NCBI RefSeq assembly: GCF_902652985.1 | Contig: NC_047022.1 | Coordinates: forward strand, 30,008,001 to 30,072,000 | Direction of reading: 5' to 3' | DNA length: 64,000 nucleotides | Origin: Pecten maximus | Taxonomy: Eukaryota | Shown: piece after piece, positions 1-12,139 of the stretch | How the letters are laid out: every line of letters begins with the position of its first letter | Position numbering within the stretch: the first letter of the stretch is position 1 | Translations under genes and position numbers: made by a program | The notes under the pieces: generated by a model | Seen by the model: the letters and a program-made list of their open reading frames with translations, nothing else | Databases searched by the model: none | Told to the model about the DNA's origin: nothing

Positions 1-310
1 ACTCTGGAAGACAAAAATCCCTCAGGTGTGTCCTCATTTCCTAATTAAACTTAAATGGGTCCATTCATATTTAGATATATATGTTTTTAGGTTAATTTTG
101 AATGTACGAATCTGTTTAATCAACATTTGGGGTATATGAATTTACTGCAGGGTATTTGAAATTTGAATGTTTCAAATTTAAATCTTACCATATACCATAA
201 TGTATCAATACTTATTAAACTTGATTTTTTTTTCAGAATGCCAAAGAAGAAAAGATCTACCATTGGTACATGACCTAAGTACTATCAAAGTTTTCAATAC
301 TAAATAATAA
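1..310 (+). CDS. Possible last two exons of an unidentified gene (exon ..25, intron 26-236, terminal exon from 237)
   Basis: CAG|GTGTGT donor at 25/26, T-rich tract + CAG acceptor ending at 236, stop codons soon after in all three frames (e.g. NAKEEKIYHWYMT* or RMPKKKRSTIGT*), AATAAA at ~305. Frame and identity cannot be determined. Confidence 0.4.
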
Positions 311-689
311 AATATTATCAATCATCAAACATGACAGTGTTGTTGTTTTTTTTTTTTCATTTTACTTAAGACTTTTGCTATAGCATTTGTCTAATAAACA
401 AGAAATATCTCTAAAAAAAAGATAAAAGGCATAGTTTTAATGCTGGTTTTTATACTGTAAAACTGCTGGTGAAATAAATCAACGAATCACTGGTCTAGTG
501 GTGGGTGCAGATGAGCTCTAAGGCCTATAGGTATACAAGATATATAACATTAAACAACTACAGATGTGTACAGGAGAGTGTTACATAAACTGTACATGTA
601 CATGAAAACTGTTCAATATAAAATTATCTACACTAATAAATTTTGTCTTTTGCAAGCCAAGTATAGATAATAACCTAAATTTGACAACT

Positions 690-1945
690 CTCTAACATTA
701 ATTAAATATTATTAAAAGATAATAGTTGGATTAATTTAAAAACAGAATGTCTTTTGTAGTAATATTGTTTCATACATTTTACCCTCAGACCTGTATATAA
801 TGGACATATCAAAATAAAATGAAACTCATCCTCAATGTCGCCCAAATCACAATTGTTACAGGTTCTATTTCTTTGGGTAATATTATTATGTCTATCTATT
901 TCTATATTTAATTTGTGTGAGGATGCTCCACATACATTTATATTTAGTTTCTATAGGTTTAAAACTGTACACAGTGGCTATCTATCAGATATCGATATAT
1001 AATATACCTTTCGACGAACTAGATATCTGTTAACATGTTTTGTTTTGAAACATCAGTCAATATCTGCTCAATGCTTTTAAAAGCATAGTCTACTGGTGAA
1101 TAAGAATAAAACATGTACTCAATACCTAAAGCAGCAAATTCATTCTTAATGTCACATATCCACACATCATTCTCATTTACCATTTCATCAAGAGATGTTT
1201 TCAATACCAGATTATCCGACTGTTTCACCAATATTTGAACACTCTTAATTTTCTCATAATAGTTAATGGTAATCTACCCAATTCACAGTAAACGAAGTCA
1301 TTGCAAGTTGATTTAGGCACCTTATTAAGTTAAGTATTTTTTTTACAGAATTTCTATTGTACGCTTTCGACATCCGGTGCTTTATGAAATCCCCATATTT
1401 CCGATGCATAACGTAAAATACTATTTACATACGAATCAAAATTAGAACAATAAGTTTCTACATTCAAGCTATGATTTCTAAGAGAAGTCAGAGAAAATAA
1501 AGCTTTTCTGCCTTGTTCTGCAAAATGTTTTTGTGTTTTGTAAAACTTCCCATTGTAGTTGAACAGCATACCCAATAATTCAAAACTGTCAACAATTTCT
1601 ATATTGTCATTATTATTCATTATTATATTTCCATGGCTCATTATTCCTTATTTGTCCACAATTTCTAAACACCATGATTTTAGTTATATCAACATTGACC
1701 TCCAGATTCCATTTTATGGTATATGCATATAAAGAATCCAACATAATTTGTAAATCTTCTGGGCAGTTAACAAATAAAGCCATGTCGTCGGTATATATAC
1801 ATTAGCAAGAAAAGATCAAGCATCTGTAATTCAATACTTGGACAGTTGTCATTAATAAAGTGTATTTAGATACAAAGAAAATAACAGGTGATTATATTTC
1901 CCCTTGTGAGAGTCCGGTATAATTAGGGAAGCACTGACTGAAGTC
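690..1945 (-). mobile_element. Decayed non-LTR retrotransposon (LINE; RTE-X/CR1-group-like ORF2 3' part)
   Basis: Minus-strand remnants: GLSQGEI*SPVIF (RT QG motif, ~1880-1920), a frameshifted YxDD motif (~1785-1800), YVNSILRYASEIWG (ORF 1354-1641), and the C-terminal Cys/His motif SSHKLNIEIDRH...RTCNNCDLGDIEDEFHFILICPLY (~800-925). Many stops and frameshifts. Confidence 0.85.
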
Positions 1946-2945
1946 AGTATCACTATCGAAAATATAAGAATCGTCGTCAGTATATTTCTCTATACATCTA
2001 AATTTAGATCATCGGCTAATGGCAGAAAATCGAACGACATTTATATGAATCTTTAACGGAAAATGGTGCTTTTTTCGGCGGACACTACGTTAAATATCGT
2101 TGTTCACATCTGCCGATATACATTACAGTGAATAGGTATAACTATCGCCAGTGTGAAGTTATCTCAGACAGACAGTCGTCCGTCGCCATCTCTTGGCACG
2201 GCACATGTCACTAATATAAACAACTCCGATATCCACCTATTGCGCAGCCGCAGCGCTTGGTCTCGCTAGATCTCGTGCTAAATATACTTCCGGTCATGAG
2301 AACAAAAGGTGAGGTCGTGACTCTGCGAGAAAAGCGGTTGTTGCGAGTCCCTAGTATATAGGTCTCTGCCTTTGATAACCGTGGCATAATTGTAAAAGGA
2401 ATTATTGTTTGCAAAAGTATTGGCGATGATGTGGCTCAATGTTAGTGATGAATTGATACTAGTTTGAATGAAAAAAGAACGCATATGTTTGTACAGGCAC
2501 GGTTTTTGATGTTTTTACCGCGCCGGAAGTGCATAGGTCTCTAGTCACACTTGGGTGATTTTGAAGATTGGTATGGGTGTTAGGCAGGGTGCATGTTTAT
2601 TTCCGCGATTTTTATACAGATATGTATATTTAATACAAAATTAATCACAATTTTCCATGTTGCGTTTCTTTTTCGTTTCAGTATATTTTGAAATTCTTTT
2701 GGTATAACTAATCAGTGTGTACATTATATTAACCATTTCCCATTAACCATTAATTGACAACTTGCTGACTTTTTAAGATTAAGACAGGAAACATATACCA
2801 CTGAATTAACTGAAATGGAAGCAGAGTTGGCACTTCAATGTACACTTATGGAAATCTGAGGTCAAACACAACCTGTTATAAAATATTTGGTTATTGTCCC
2901 TGTTATATCATGTATATATGTGTATATTGCTTGTGAGAAACTTAC

Positions 2946-4490
2946 CCATGACATCAGGAACTGAGGCAATGTCTGACCAATTGTTCATATGCTTTTCGTC
3001 ACATTTGTATATCGGAACTTCCTGAATATATTCTTTTGGTAATCTCTGCAATGCATCAAATTCTTTAAAATATATAGATTTTGGTGTTCCGCCAGCTTGC
3101 AAAGCATCCTTGATCAATCTGCTCCCTTCGAGTAGAATAGTTCTGTCAATTTCTCTATGCTTCTTTGACCTAGCTGCCCTCATCAGGACACTGAAATTGT
3201 TAACAAAACAAATCAGTATCAAAATGCAATATAGCTCAGCCATTTTTTGAATACTTTGTCAGAAAATTATCTTTGAAGCATAGAGTATGAAGATCAGGAT
3301 AATTAATTTACTCAATCTCAACACTATACCAATGACATATACAATTTCTGGATATATCTATATATCTATAACATGTACAGGATAAAATAATTCCAGAATA
3401 CTTAAAAAAGTCTAAAATATTTCCATTTTTGTCTTATCCAACAAGATCATCCATGTTCTTCACACACATCTTTTGTCTATTGACCACTGGCATAGTATGG
3501 AAAGGGTCTTAATGGGTATTGGGGAGGACACTGTTTTATGTACAAGACGGGACACTATAATCGCACATCACCAAACTTAAACATTTTACATCACATCACA
3601 TATCTGTGGTTCAACTATACATCTGTTCATCTAATATAAAATGTGTAGTATTGGTATCAATTAAAGGAATCTTGGGATAGACATCATCTCCCAAACTAAG
3701 CATCAAAAGTAAATATATAAGCCCTAGTTTTTTCTTGCCCTCCTGACACCATATGTCTGGCGTAGGAACAGAGCACACTACTATATTGAAAACGTGGAAC
3801 TTTCCGAAAACCGTTTGTTGGCGCTAAGATTTTGGTGCAGATAAATACACAGGATAACTTATATTACTTGAACATTTCTCTTCTGAATGAACATGATACA
3901 TCATGCACATACGAGATATGTTCTTACCCAACTTTTTTGTCTTTTGACCCAAGAACTGTATATTTCACACCAGAAAAGTTCCGTATGATTTCTTCGACTG
4001 GACGTCTCTCATTCAGTGAGCCTTTCCCATAAGGTTGCTGGCTTTGTGTAATCTGCTTCTTCTGTGTTTTCTTCGTGTCACCTCCAGACTTGACATTATC
4101 TTTAATATTGCGCATGGGATTATGTTTCCAGTCTGCATTCTTTGTATATCTCCCTGGTCTTGAATTTCCCTTCAAGTCGTATGACATGGCATTATCAACC
4201 GCTGCCTTATGTATTCTTGGAAGGGACTTCAATTGATCTAAGTCGTTCGATTGGGTAAGATTATTCAGTACTGGATCCCGTCTATCAACATCCTGAATTC
4301 TATCTCGAAATGCCACTTTATTGTCAATAAATTTCTGTTTTTCCTCATCAGCAGTTAGCACACGGACTGGAGTCCTTCTATAACCTCTTGCATATTCCCT
4401 ATATTGTTTGTTGATGATGCTGACATACGATATTTTAGTTCTTGATAGTAATTTCAATTCCAATCCGCATGTTCTCGTGAAGGCAGCCAT
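2946..4490 (-). CDS. MRM3: Mitochondrial rRNA methyltransferase 3 (SpoU/TrmH family), exons 1-2 only: 4490-3928 and 3190-2946
   Basis: ATG at 4490 in AAGATGGCTGCC context, with a basic mitochondrial-presequence-like N-terminus (MAAFTRTCGLELKLLSRTK). The phase-2 GG|GTAAG..TTTCAG|T junction is consistent. Exon 2 encodes RSKKHREIDRTILLEGSRLIKDALQAGGTPKSIYF...WSDIASVPDVMG, matching the MRM3/RNMTL1 SpoU substrate-binding region. Adjacent to GLOD4, as in human. No intact catalytic-domain exon seen downstream in the window. Confidence 0.85.
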
Positions 4491-4660
4491 CTTGAAATAT
4501 GTAAACAACGTTATCGAAGTGCTTAAGTTCGGTTAATTTCGTTCGTTCTTACCAAACGTTTACCAGATACCGACAACAGCTGTCAACTTGCACTTTCCGT
4601 TTGCAAATATTGACAGTCCTAATTTTTCACTCGAACGTCTTCTGTACAGAATTCCAAAAG
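4491..4660. promoter_or_regulatory. Bidirectional promoter shared by MRM3 and GLOD4
   Basis: Only 170 bp separate the two divergent ATGs (4490 and 4661). Locally CpG-richer. A YY1-like AAGATGGC overlaps the MRM3 start. Confidence 0.75.
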
Positions 4661-7600
4661 ATGTCTACAAGAAGGGCACTGCATTTTGTGTTCAAAGTTG
4701 GAAACAGGACGGAAACTGCTAAATTTTACAGAGATGTTCTTGGCATGAAAGTAATAAGCTATAAGAGAGGTCAAGTTATAGATCTAGTTACATGATCACT
4801 ACACATGTCAGCTACACGTAACGCATGAAGAACACCTAGTTCAGTAGATGGATGTTATATATATATATATGATATTTTAACATAACTTCTTTGCTTATAG
4901 TCGTAAAGAATAACTATACAGAGCAAAATGCTACTTTAATCTGAAAAAAAAATACATTATGTGAAAAAAAATTCTATCTTGTATATGATTTGGTGTCATC
5001 AGAGACCTATATGTGAAATAATTTATATTCCTCAAGTTTCCATTAGGATGTGTCTGGTTTGCATGCCGGATAAACAAAAAGTTTACATAATAATGTAGAC
5101 ATGACAGGTTTTAATTTTAAGTAGTGAAGAAGGCAACCATATCACAATGTACTGTAGTACATTGTGATAGGGTTGCCTTCTAGCTTTGTGCTCAGGAGAA
5201 TTTCCCTTTACTTAATAGGTATAGAGTGGCAATTAGTTCATAGGTGCTGCACACACATACAAAATTAATGTACACTGTATGTTTTTGTGTGTAAAGCACT
5301 GTTGATATGTATATCTTGTGAAGTGTTTCTGATTATTGATATATGTTTTTTTCAGTTTCTGAGACATGAAGAATTTGAAAAAGGATGTGAAGCGGCATGT
5401 AATGGGTAATTCATTATCTATTGTAGAGATCAGATGCATTGGTTAACTGAGAGAATGTGTGCAATGTTGAAAGTGTGTATTAAGTACAATGTACACCAGG
5501 TGAATGTGTTCTATTGTAAGCGGATACATGCATTATATACAGGCATAATGAAGTATATACAGGCATAATGAAGTATATATCTGCCCTATTTATCCCTCTG
5601 TGACACTTGATTTAATATTAAATATGATATTAAATATAAATTAAGTTCACAATTTTTTTATTAAGCTCCAGTTTATAATTTCAGTATTGTACAGTCATGA
5701 AAGCATATACATCATAATAATGTAAGTACGAATTGTGCAAAAGTTCCGTCACTGTTCTAAGTACCTTATAAATTCTCTGTAAATAGGTGTTGGAATTGCG
5801 TTTCATTCTGCTATAAAACGGATATCAGATTTTTGCATCATATCAGTCTTAAGAAAGGTCTCCAGCAAATGTCATGACTTGTAATCAATTGATGATGTCA
5901 TCTCCCAAATAGCCAACAGCTCAATGGGAACAATATGTGTGTTGTAGACCTTATGATGGCAAGTGGAGTAAGTCGATGGTGGGGTATGGTCCAGAGGACA
6001 AGCATTTTGTTGTAGAGCTGACTTATAACTACGGCATCGGTACATACAGACTGGGAACAGACTTCAGAGTGAGCAGTGTTGTTATTTTAGGCGCATCCAT
6101 AAAAAAACATTTAAATCTTTAATTGACGGAAATGTTACATTTTTTTTTTCTTTCGAATAAAATATGATTGGTAAAGTTTAATTGTCTTGCACAAAATGCT
6201 TAGAATTCTCCGGGATTGGAATGATCAGGTTTTGAAAAACATTTTTCAGGGAATCAATATTTCTTCTAAAGAAATGTTCAAGAAAGTGAGTAATTGTGGC
6301 GATGCTGTAGCAGTAGCTGGTGGAAAACAAGAGGTGAAGTCTCCTGATGGGTACAGCTTTATAGTAGAAGACAGGGATTGTCCAGGAGGTGAGAGTTTAT
6401 TATGGTGAGAAACAAATAACAAAATATTGAAGAATAGGTTGTTTATAGTGGAGGGCAGAAAATGTCAAGAGTGTTGTTTATAAGTGGAAGAGAGAGAGAG
6501 AGAGAGAGAGAGAATATCAGGGAGGTAGGTATTTGATATATAGTGAAGGACAGAAAATATCAGAGAAGTATATGTAGGTGTTATTTATATTTGAGGATAG
6601 GCAATGTCAGGGAGGTAGGTGTTGTAAATATTGAGGACAAAAATATCAGAGAGGTAGGTGTCACAAATGTTTATAATGAAGGATACAGAATGAGAGGGAA
6701 GTATGTTGTTACATTGGAGGACAGACAATGTCAGGGAGGTAGGTGTTGTTATTACTTAGTCTAGAAAAAAGTTTATTTGACTAAGGTGATGTTTAAAGTG
6801 AGAAAACAATATGGCAGTAAGTGAAGACAGAGTCTGTGCCTTAAAGTGTTGGAGTTGATATGAGCTGTTTCTGTTACAGACCCAGTACAAAGTGTGTGTC
6901 TAGGGTGTTCTGATCTGTCAAAGTCTGTTGGTAAGTTATCATAACTTATTATCCCAATTGTGGAAAGTTTCCAATTACCAACAATAATAATATAGTATAT
7001 GACAGTATCTCAGGAGAAGGTATTATGTTTCAGAACATTAACTTTTATCAAAGAAGGTAATGTTTCACAATGGTCGATTTATTTTGATGTATAACAGAAA
7101 TAAGAATAAACCAAAAATGTAATAACGATATTCAGCAAACTTTTAAAAGTGTGATATCTAAATCTTATTTATATGAAAAGACCAAATAAAGCACTTAATC
7201 TATTGAATGAAACTGCCAAAAAGTTGCACAGAAACCAATTGATTTAAGAAAATATTTTTTGTCATTCTCTGTTTGGAGATATTTGTTTTCATTTCCTTTT
7301 TTAAAAACAGAAGAAAAAATTACAAGTTGATTTTGTAAAGGGTTTGTGACTTTGATTGACCAGCTTAATTGGTTTAACATAACCGTACTCAACAATGACA
7401 GGAATTTTCTGGCTCTACTCAGATAATCATATATTTATACATGTATTGAACATGTTGGTAAGAGTATCAACACCAGGTATTCCGTGAGCTAGTGGACTTA
7501 AGTGCCCGATTCCAAGCCTAAAAAAGAGCTAGAATGAACTCATCTCCAGCCCACTTATCAGGAGAGACCAGTACACCAGGCACGACATACACCAATCCCG

Positions 7601-10600
7601 TCATTCGAGTGTCTGAGAAAAATGTCACATATTACCAGGCTTGGAGGAAACTTACCATCAAGTTTACTAGGACACATCATCATCTTGATTACCTTTCACA
7701 ATGCTATCTCAAAGAAACAGCACTGAAAACCTTTAGAGTCCACATCCAACCACAATTACTGGACATTAAACTAGCATTCCTTCTAAAGTGGGAGAATGCA
7801 CATCTGAAAGATTACTTGATTAGTTGAAGCCATTAACAATTTGGTTTATTTGGTTTATTTTGTTTAGCATCTGAATAACAGCCAGGTCATTTAAGGACAT
7901 GCATGGTTTTGGAGGTGGAGGAAAGCAGGAGTACCCGGAGAAAAAACACTGGCCTATGGTCAATACCTGGCAAATGCCCAATGTGAGTTTCGTACTCGCA
8001 ACCCAGAGGTTGAGGGCTAGTGATAAAGTGTCGGGACACCTTGGCTACTGCTTGATCCCTGAATTGACAAACTTCTCAAGGAAAACAGTGAACAGACTGA
8101 AATGGTACACCTCTTGTGGTGGCTGTATATTGATGATATGTCTTTTCTTGTGGTGGCTGTACATTGATGATATGTCTTTTTTTGGATCGACCCATAACAG
8201 CAAGTCATTTGACACCTTGGGAAACCTAAACGAGTTCCACCCTACCATCAAGTTTACCCATCAGGCCAGTGAAACCCAGATTAACTTCCTAGATACACTG
8301 TTACCAACTGGAAGATGAAACTCTTCAAATATCACTGTAAACCAAACCTACTGATACACATTTTTATTGACTCTACAGTTCTACCTAGATGAAAAAACCA
8401 GCACATCAGAGAAGCACGATAGTCTATGCATGTCTATAGGGTATATGGAATAAATGACTCTGTATAAATAACTGATCATTTATAAATTTACATATATTTC
8501 ATTCATCAGTTTTATGTACTAGCATGTCTAGTTTTATTTCCTGTCAAAATTCCAACTGTTTTATTTCTTGTGATTACATAACAATCCTTGGCCATCACAC
8601 AATCAATGTAAAATTGTTGTAATGTAAACTTTATTTATTTTACAATAATTGCGAAACAAGTTATATCAACTTCTTTTAATCACGCTTGTTGGCCCGGATG
8701 GAAACGCGGGAGGAGTCTTGCGATGGGAGGAAACTGGAGTACCCGGGGTCTGGTAGGTGACCCAATACCTTTTCACGTCTGATCAGGGAATCGAACCACG
8801 GCCACATAGGTGAAAGGCAAGTGTGTTAGCACTTTGTCACCCGACCATCCATTGATCTGATGACAGGTGGCCTAGTCATCCAAAACATCAACAAATAAAG
8901 TCTACTAGCTGACATAATTCCTGGTGTTGATGCTCCATCTCTTACCTACTTGTCCTATCGTCTATGGACCTCTGTTAGAATACTCCAGCATCCTCTTCGA
9001 TTCCTTCACAGAAACATCTACCAACTTGCACCTACAGGACTATATAATGTTTATATTTAATGACATAATTAAGATATTCTTAAGCAATACAATGACGTCA
9101 AAAGCAATACAAACTCCAAAAATTAAACATACTAACTCCTTAAGCAATATATCGAAAGGAAAGCAATTAATCAACTCCAAAAGTAATAGTCTGGCTCCAA
9201 ATGTAAATTACTCGGTACTCGTCTCTCCAACAGTAATACACTGATTCAAACAGAAACACTCCAGCTCTAAAGTAATAAATTGTTAAAGCAATCCTCCAAT
9301 GAAAAATGAAAAAAAATTATCAAAAAATGGTTTTGGCATTTCAGATTTCTGGTCTCGACTGTGTGGTATGAAGATTTACAGACAAGAAAACAAGTCAGCA
9401 CTGTTAGGATTTGATGACAACCAGGTAAAGATGTTGATGAACACCTGTTTAGTAAATTATGCCTTCGGCCAAAGTTAAAAAAATATATTCCTGTGATAAA
9501 AATGTTATCACACTACATCATAAACATTTAAAATAATAAGTATGGATGCATTATATTTTCTCATCAAAGGATCTTGCATGTGGACTTATTTTCAGTGTAA
9601 ACTTGAACTCCAAGATATCGGTACAGATGTTGACCATGCCACTGCCTTTGGACGGATTGCTTTTTCCTGTCCTCGTACAGAGGTGAGTTTTCAAACATGA
9701 ACTTTTAAAACCCGTTGAATAGTAGTATCCGAACGTGAGTTTAATGCTTCAAAATAAGTAATAAGCAAGATTTAGAAATATAAATAATTTTGACTGTGTT
9801 ATCTAGAGATGTTATTTTAACTTTCTATATACTGAATACAGTTGCCAGATATAGAGAAGAAGATGAAGGAAGCTGAGCAGACTATTCTCACACCTCTGAT
9901 TAGTCTGGACACACCAGGAAAGGCTACTGTGGAAGTTGTCATCCTGGCTGACCCAGTAAGTGTCTAACCTAAGGAATATACAATGTTTTTGGCATGAGCA
10001 TTTAATTTTGATTGACATTTCACTGATTTTATAATTACATGAATGTAATATGGTATTGATGACATAGCAATATCATATGAAAGATCAGGTCATCTGGCAT
10101 TTTCTAGATCTACTTTTGGTCATTAAGTAACCTTGGATGAAGAGGTTGACTTTCAGCCAATGATTTAATTATCAATGAAACAAATATCATCACTAGACTG
10201 CATATGAACAAACGTATGGTTTAATTATAAGTTTCTTACTTTTGCCAATAACCTTACTCAAAAAGTAAAAAGTCAAACATCTAAAGGCACATGGTGAAAT
10301 GAAAATTTGTATTTTAATGAACTGTCTCTTCTTTACTTCAGGACGGCCATGAGATATGTTTTGTTGGCGATGAAGCATTCCGTGAGCTGTCTCAGGTAGA
10401 TGATAAAGCTGACAAGTTACTTGATCAGGTAAGTCTCACTGTCACACTATCACTAAAAAGGCTGATATTTTACTGATGATTTTACCAAGGATAAGGAAAA
10501 GTGGGCAAGATTAAAGGTGAAATCAGATTCATTGTATTAAAATTATGAAACTATTAAAATATTGATATAGAAAGAGTTGCTTCTGATGTCTTTAAAATGC

Positions 10601-11000
10601 TTTAGAATGTAGGATATACTTGCTTATCTAGTCTAAGAACTTATTCTAATTTGTTCTCGAAAAGGCCATTTTATCAGATATAGTGATATGAGAATCTCAG
10701 ACCAAAGTGAGGATGACTTTAAATTGTAACCTTTACAATTAGCTAAGTATGCTCAATAAATTTCAATGAGAGTGAAAAAATTAAACAGTAAAAATATATA
10801 GTTTGGAACTATGGGATGTAACATTTGGTGTGTACATATTATTTTGTAGCAATACATGCATATATAAACACCAATTTGTGCAAAATCTTATTAAAGTAAA
10901 AAAACACAAACCTTTTGATGAATTTTGATTTCAGGGAGTAGCAGCAGACAAAAGTGATGAGTGGTTCAAAAAGAAAGGACTAACTAAGGGCACAGCATGA
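4661..11000 (+). CDS. GLOD4: Glyoxalase domain-containing protein 4, 10 exons, 294 aa
   Basis: Exons 4661-4750, 5356-5405, 5948-6068, 6250-6388, 6880-6930, 9345-9424, 9596-9682, 9842-9955, 10342-10428, 10935-11000. All GT-AG, phases consistent, 885 nt in total. Protein [16 protein letters not shown]...[44 protein letters not shown]...FGRIAFSCP...[30 protein letters not shown]...DKSDEWF is typical GLOD4. Confidence 0.97.
5128..5181. repeat. 54-bp near-perfect palindrome in GLOD4 intron 1
   Basis: agaaggcaaccatatcacaatgtact-gt-agtacattgtgatagggttgccttct: 26-bp arms, one mismatch. Confidence 0.9.
6361..6750 (+). repeat. Degenerate ~40-bp tandem repeat derived from the GLOD4 exon 4 end/donor, including a (GA)n tract
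   Basis: Units such as gaggacagacaatgtcagggaggtaggtgtt resemble the exon end gaagacagggattgtccaggag|gtgag. Translation LEDRQCQGG vs exon VEDRDCPGG. Confidence 0.7.
7450..8430 (+). mobile_element. Internally deleted Penelope-like retroelement relic in GLOD4 intron 5
   Basis: N-terminal [10 protein letters not shown] motif (ORF 7534-7827); RT motifs [23 protein letters not shown] and KPTDTH (8150-8360), characteristic of PLE reverse transcriptase. Confidence 0.75.
7840..8045 (-). mobile_element. tRNA-derived SINE (V-SINE-like core) nested in the PLE relic
   Basis: ggaggaaagcaggagtacccggagaaaa is the reverse complement of the V-domain-like core TTTTCTCCGGGTACTCC..TTTCCTCC; short-repeat tail (tttggtttatt)n. 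Confidence 0.65.
8640..8850 (-). mobile_element. tRNA-derived SINE (V-SINE-like)
   Basis: The minus strand begins GGATGGTCGGGTGACAAAGTGCTAAC...GGTTCGATTCCC (A/B-box-like), followed by the CCGGGTACTCCAGTTTCCTCCC core. Confidence 0.7.
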
Positions 11001-11055
11001 TGATTCTCCACGTATCATGATGATTCCCCACGTATCATGATGATTCCCCACATAT
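10996..11055 (+). repeat. 20-bp tandem repeat x3 starting at the GLOD4 stop codon
   Basis: catgatgatt(c/t)cccacgtat-type unit repeated three times; the first copy overlaps the TGA. Confidence 0.85.
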
Positions 11056-12139
11056 TGACATTGTCTGTTCGAATACTTGATAGTATTATCATGTGATTAC
11101 ATTGTACTAGTTGTTTAAACGTTACATGTAAACACTAAATATATCATTGGTTGTGCCATTTGAACTTCTGTTGTAAAATATACTTTTGGTGCTATAACCA
11201 GTTAACTTAGAGTAGCAGTGGACGAGGGACTAGGTAGTAATATATTCCGACTTCAAATACTTAATACTGTATACAATGTATGTACTTCAATGCATAGGAT
11301 CTACAATATTTACTCACAAAAAACATCATTTGTTCTCATTGATATACCTATTTAATTTGCAATGAAAAAACATAGGAAACTTTCTTTACCTAGTTTATTT
11401 TACGAGAAATGCAAATTTGTATGTTAGAAATCGGTTGGTAATCATCATTGGTTTGGTAATAATGAATTGGGATAAAACAATTGTTGGTATTATTTCCTGA
11501 ATTACAGTTATGACAGTGACAGTGAAAATAAAACAATGTCATGTTTTTTACTTCTTTTTGTTTTTGTTTTTGTTTTTTTTAATTCGTGTATTTTTCTTGA
11601 GAGTCGCTTCAATGAAAACTGGACATATATAATACAAATAATGAATATTTTCTTTGTAAATAATGTAGATTCTATGACTTTAATACTTGTTATAATGGTT
11701 GATTCAAAGTCATTGATATTCATATAATTTGAAAACTAAGATAATTAACTGAAGTATATTAATTAACTATAAAAGTATCCATACGTAAATATGCAAATGT
11801 ACAGTGATTTTCATCGTGGATACAGAGCTGTAGCTCTTTGTTCAAGTTTTCTAATTAAACAAATCAATGTTTGAAAATATAATATTGAAAAGCTTTATGT
11901 TCTCGACCAATTCTGATCATGCTCTAGTCATAATCTCATTTGTAATAGTATAGCCATGTTCAAATTCTAATTAAATTGTAATCTTTGATTAGGCATTTTA
12001 AAACAACATGTAACAATATGCTAGCAGCTTTTCCTATCGGATTGTACTCAATGAAAATAAAAAAACCTCTGCAGGTAGTGTTCTGATTAATGAAGCAAAA
12101 AGTACTGTGTTGTTTCTATGTAGGATCAAGTTGATCCAA

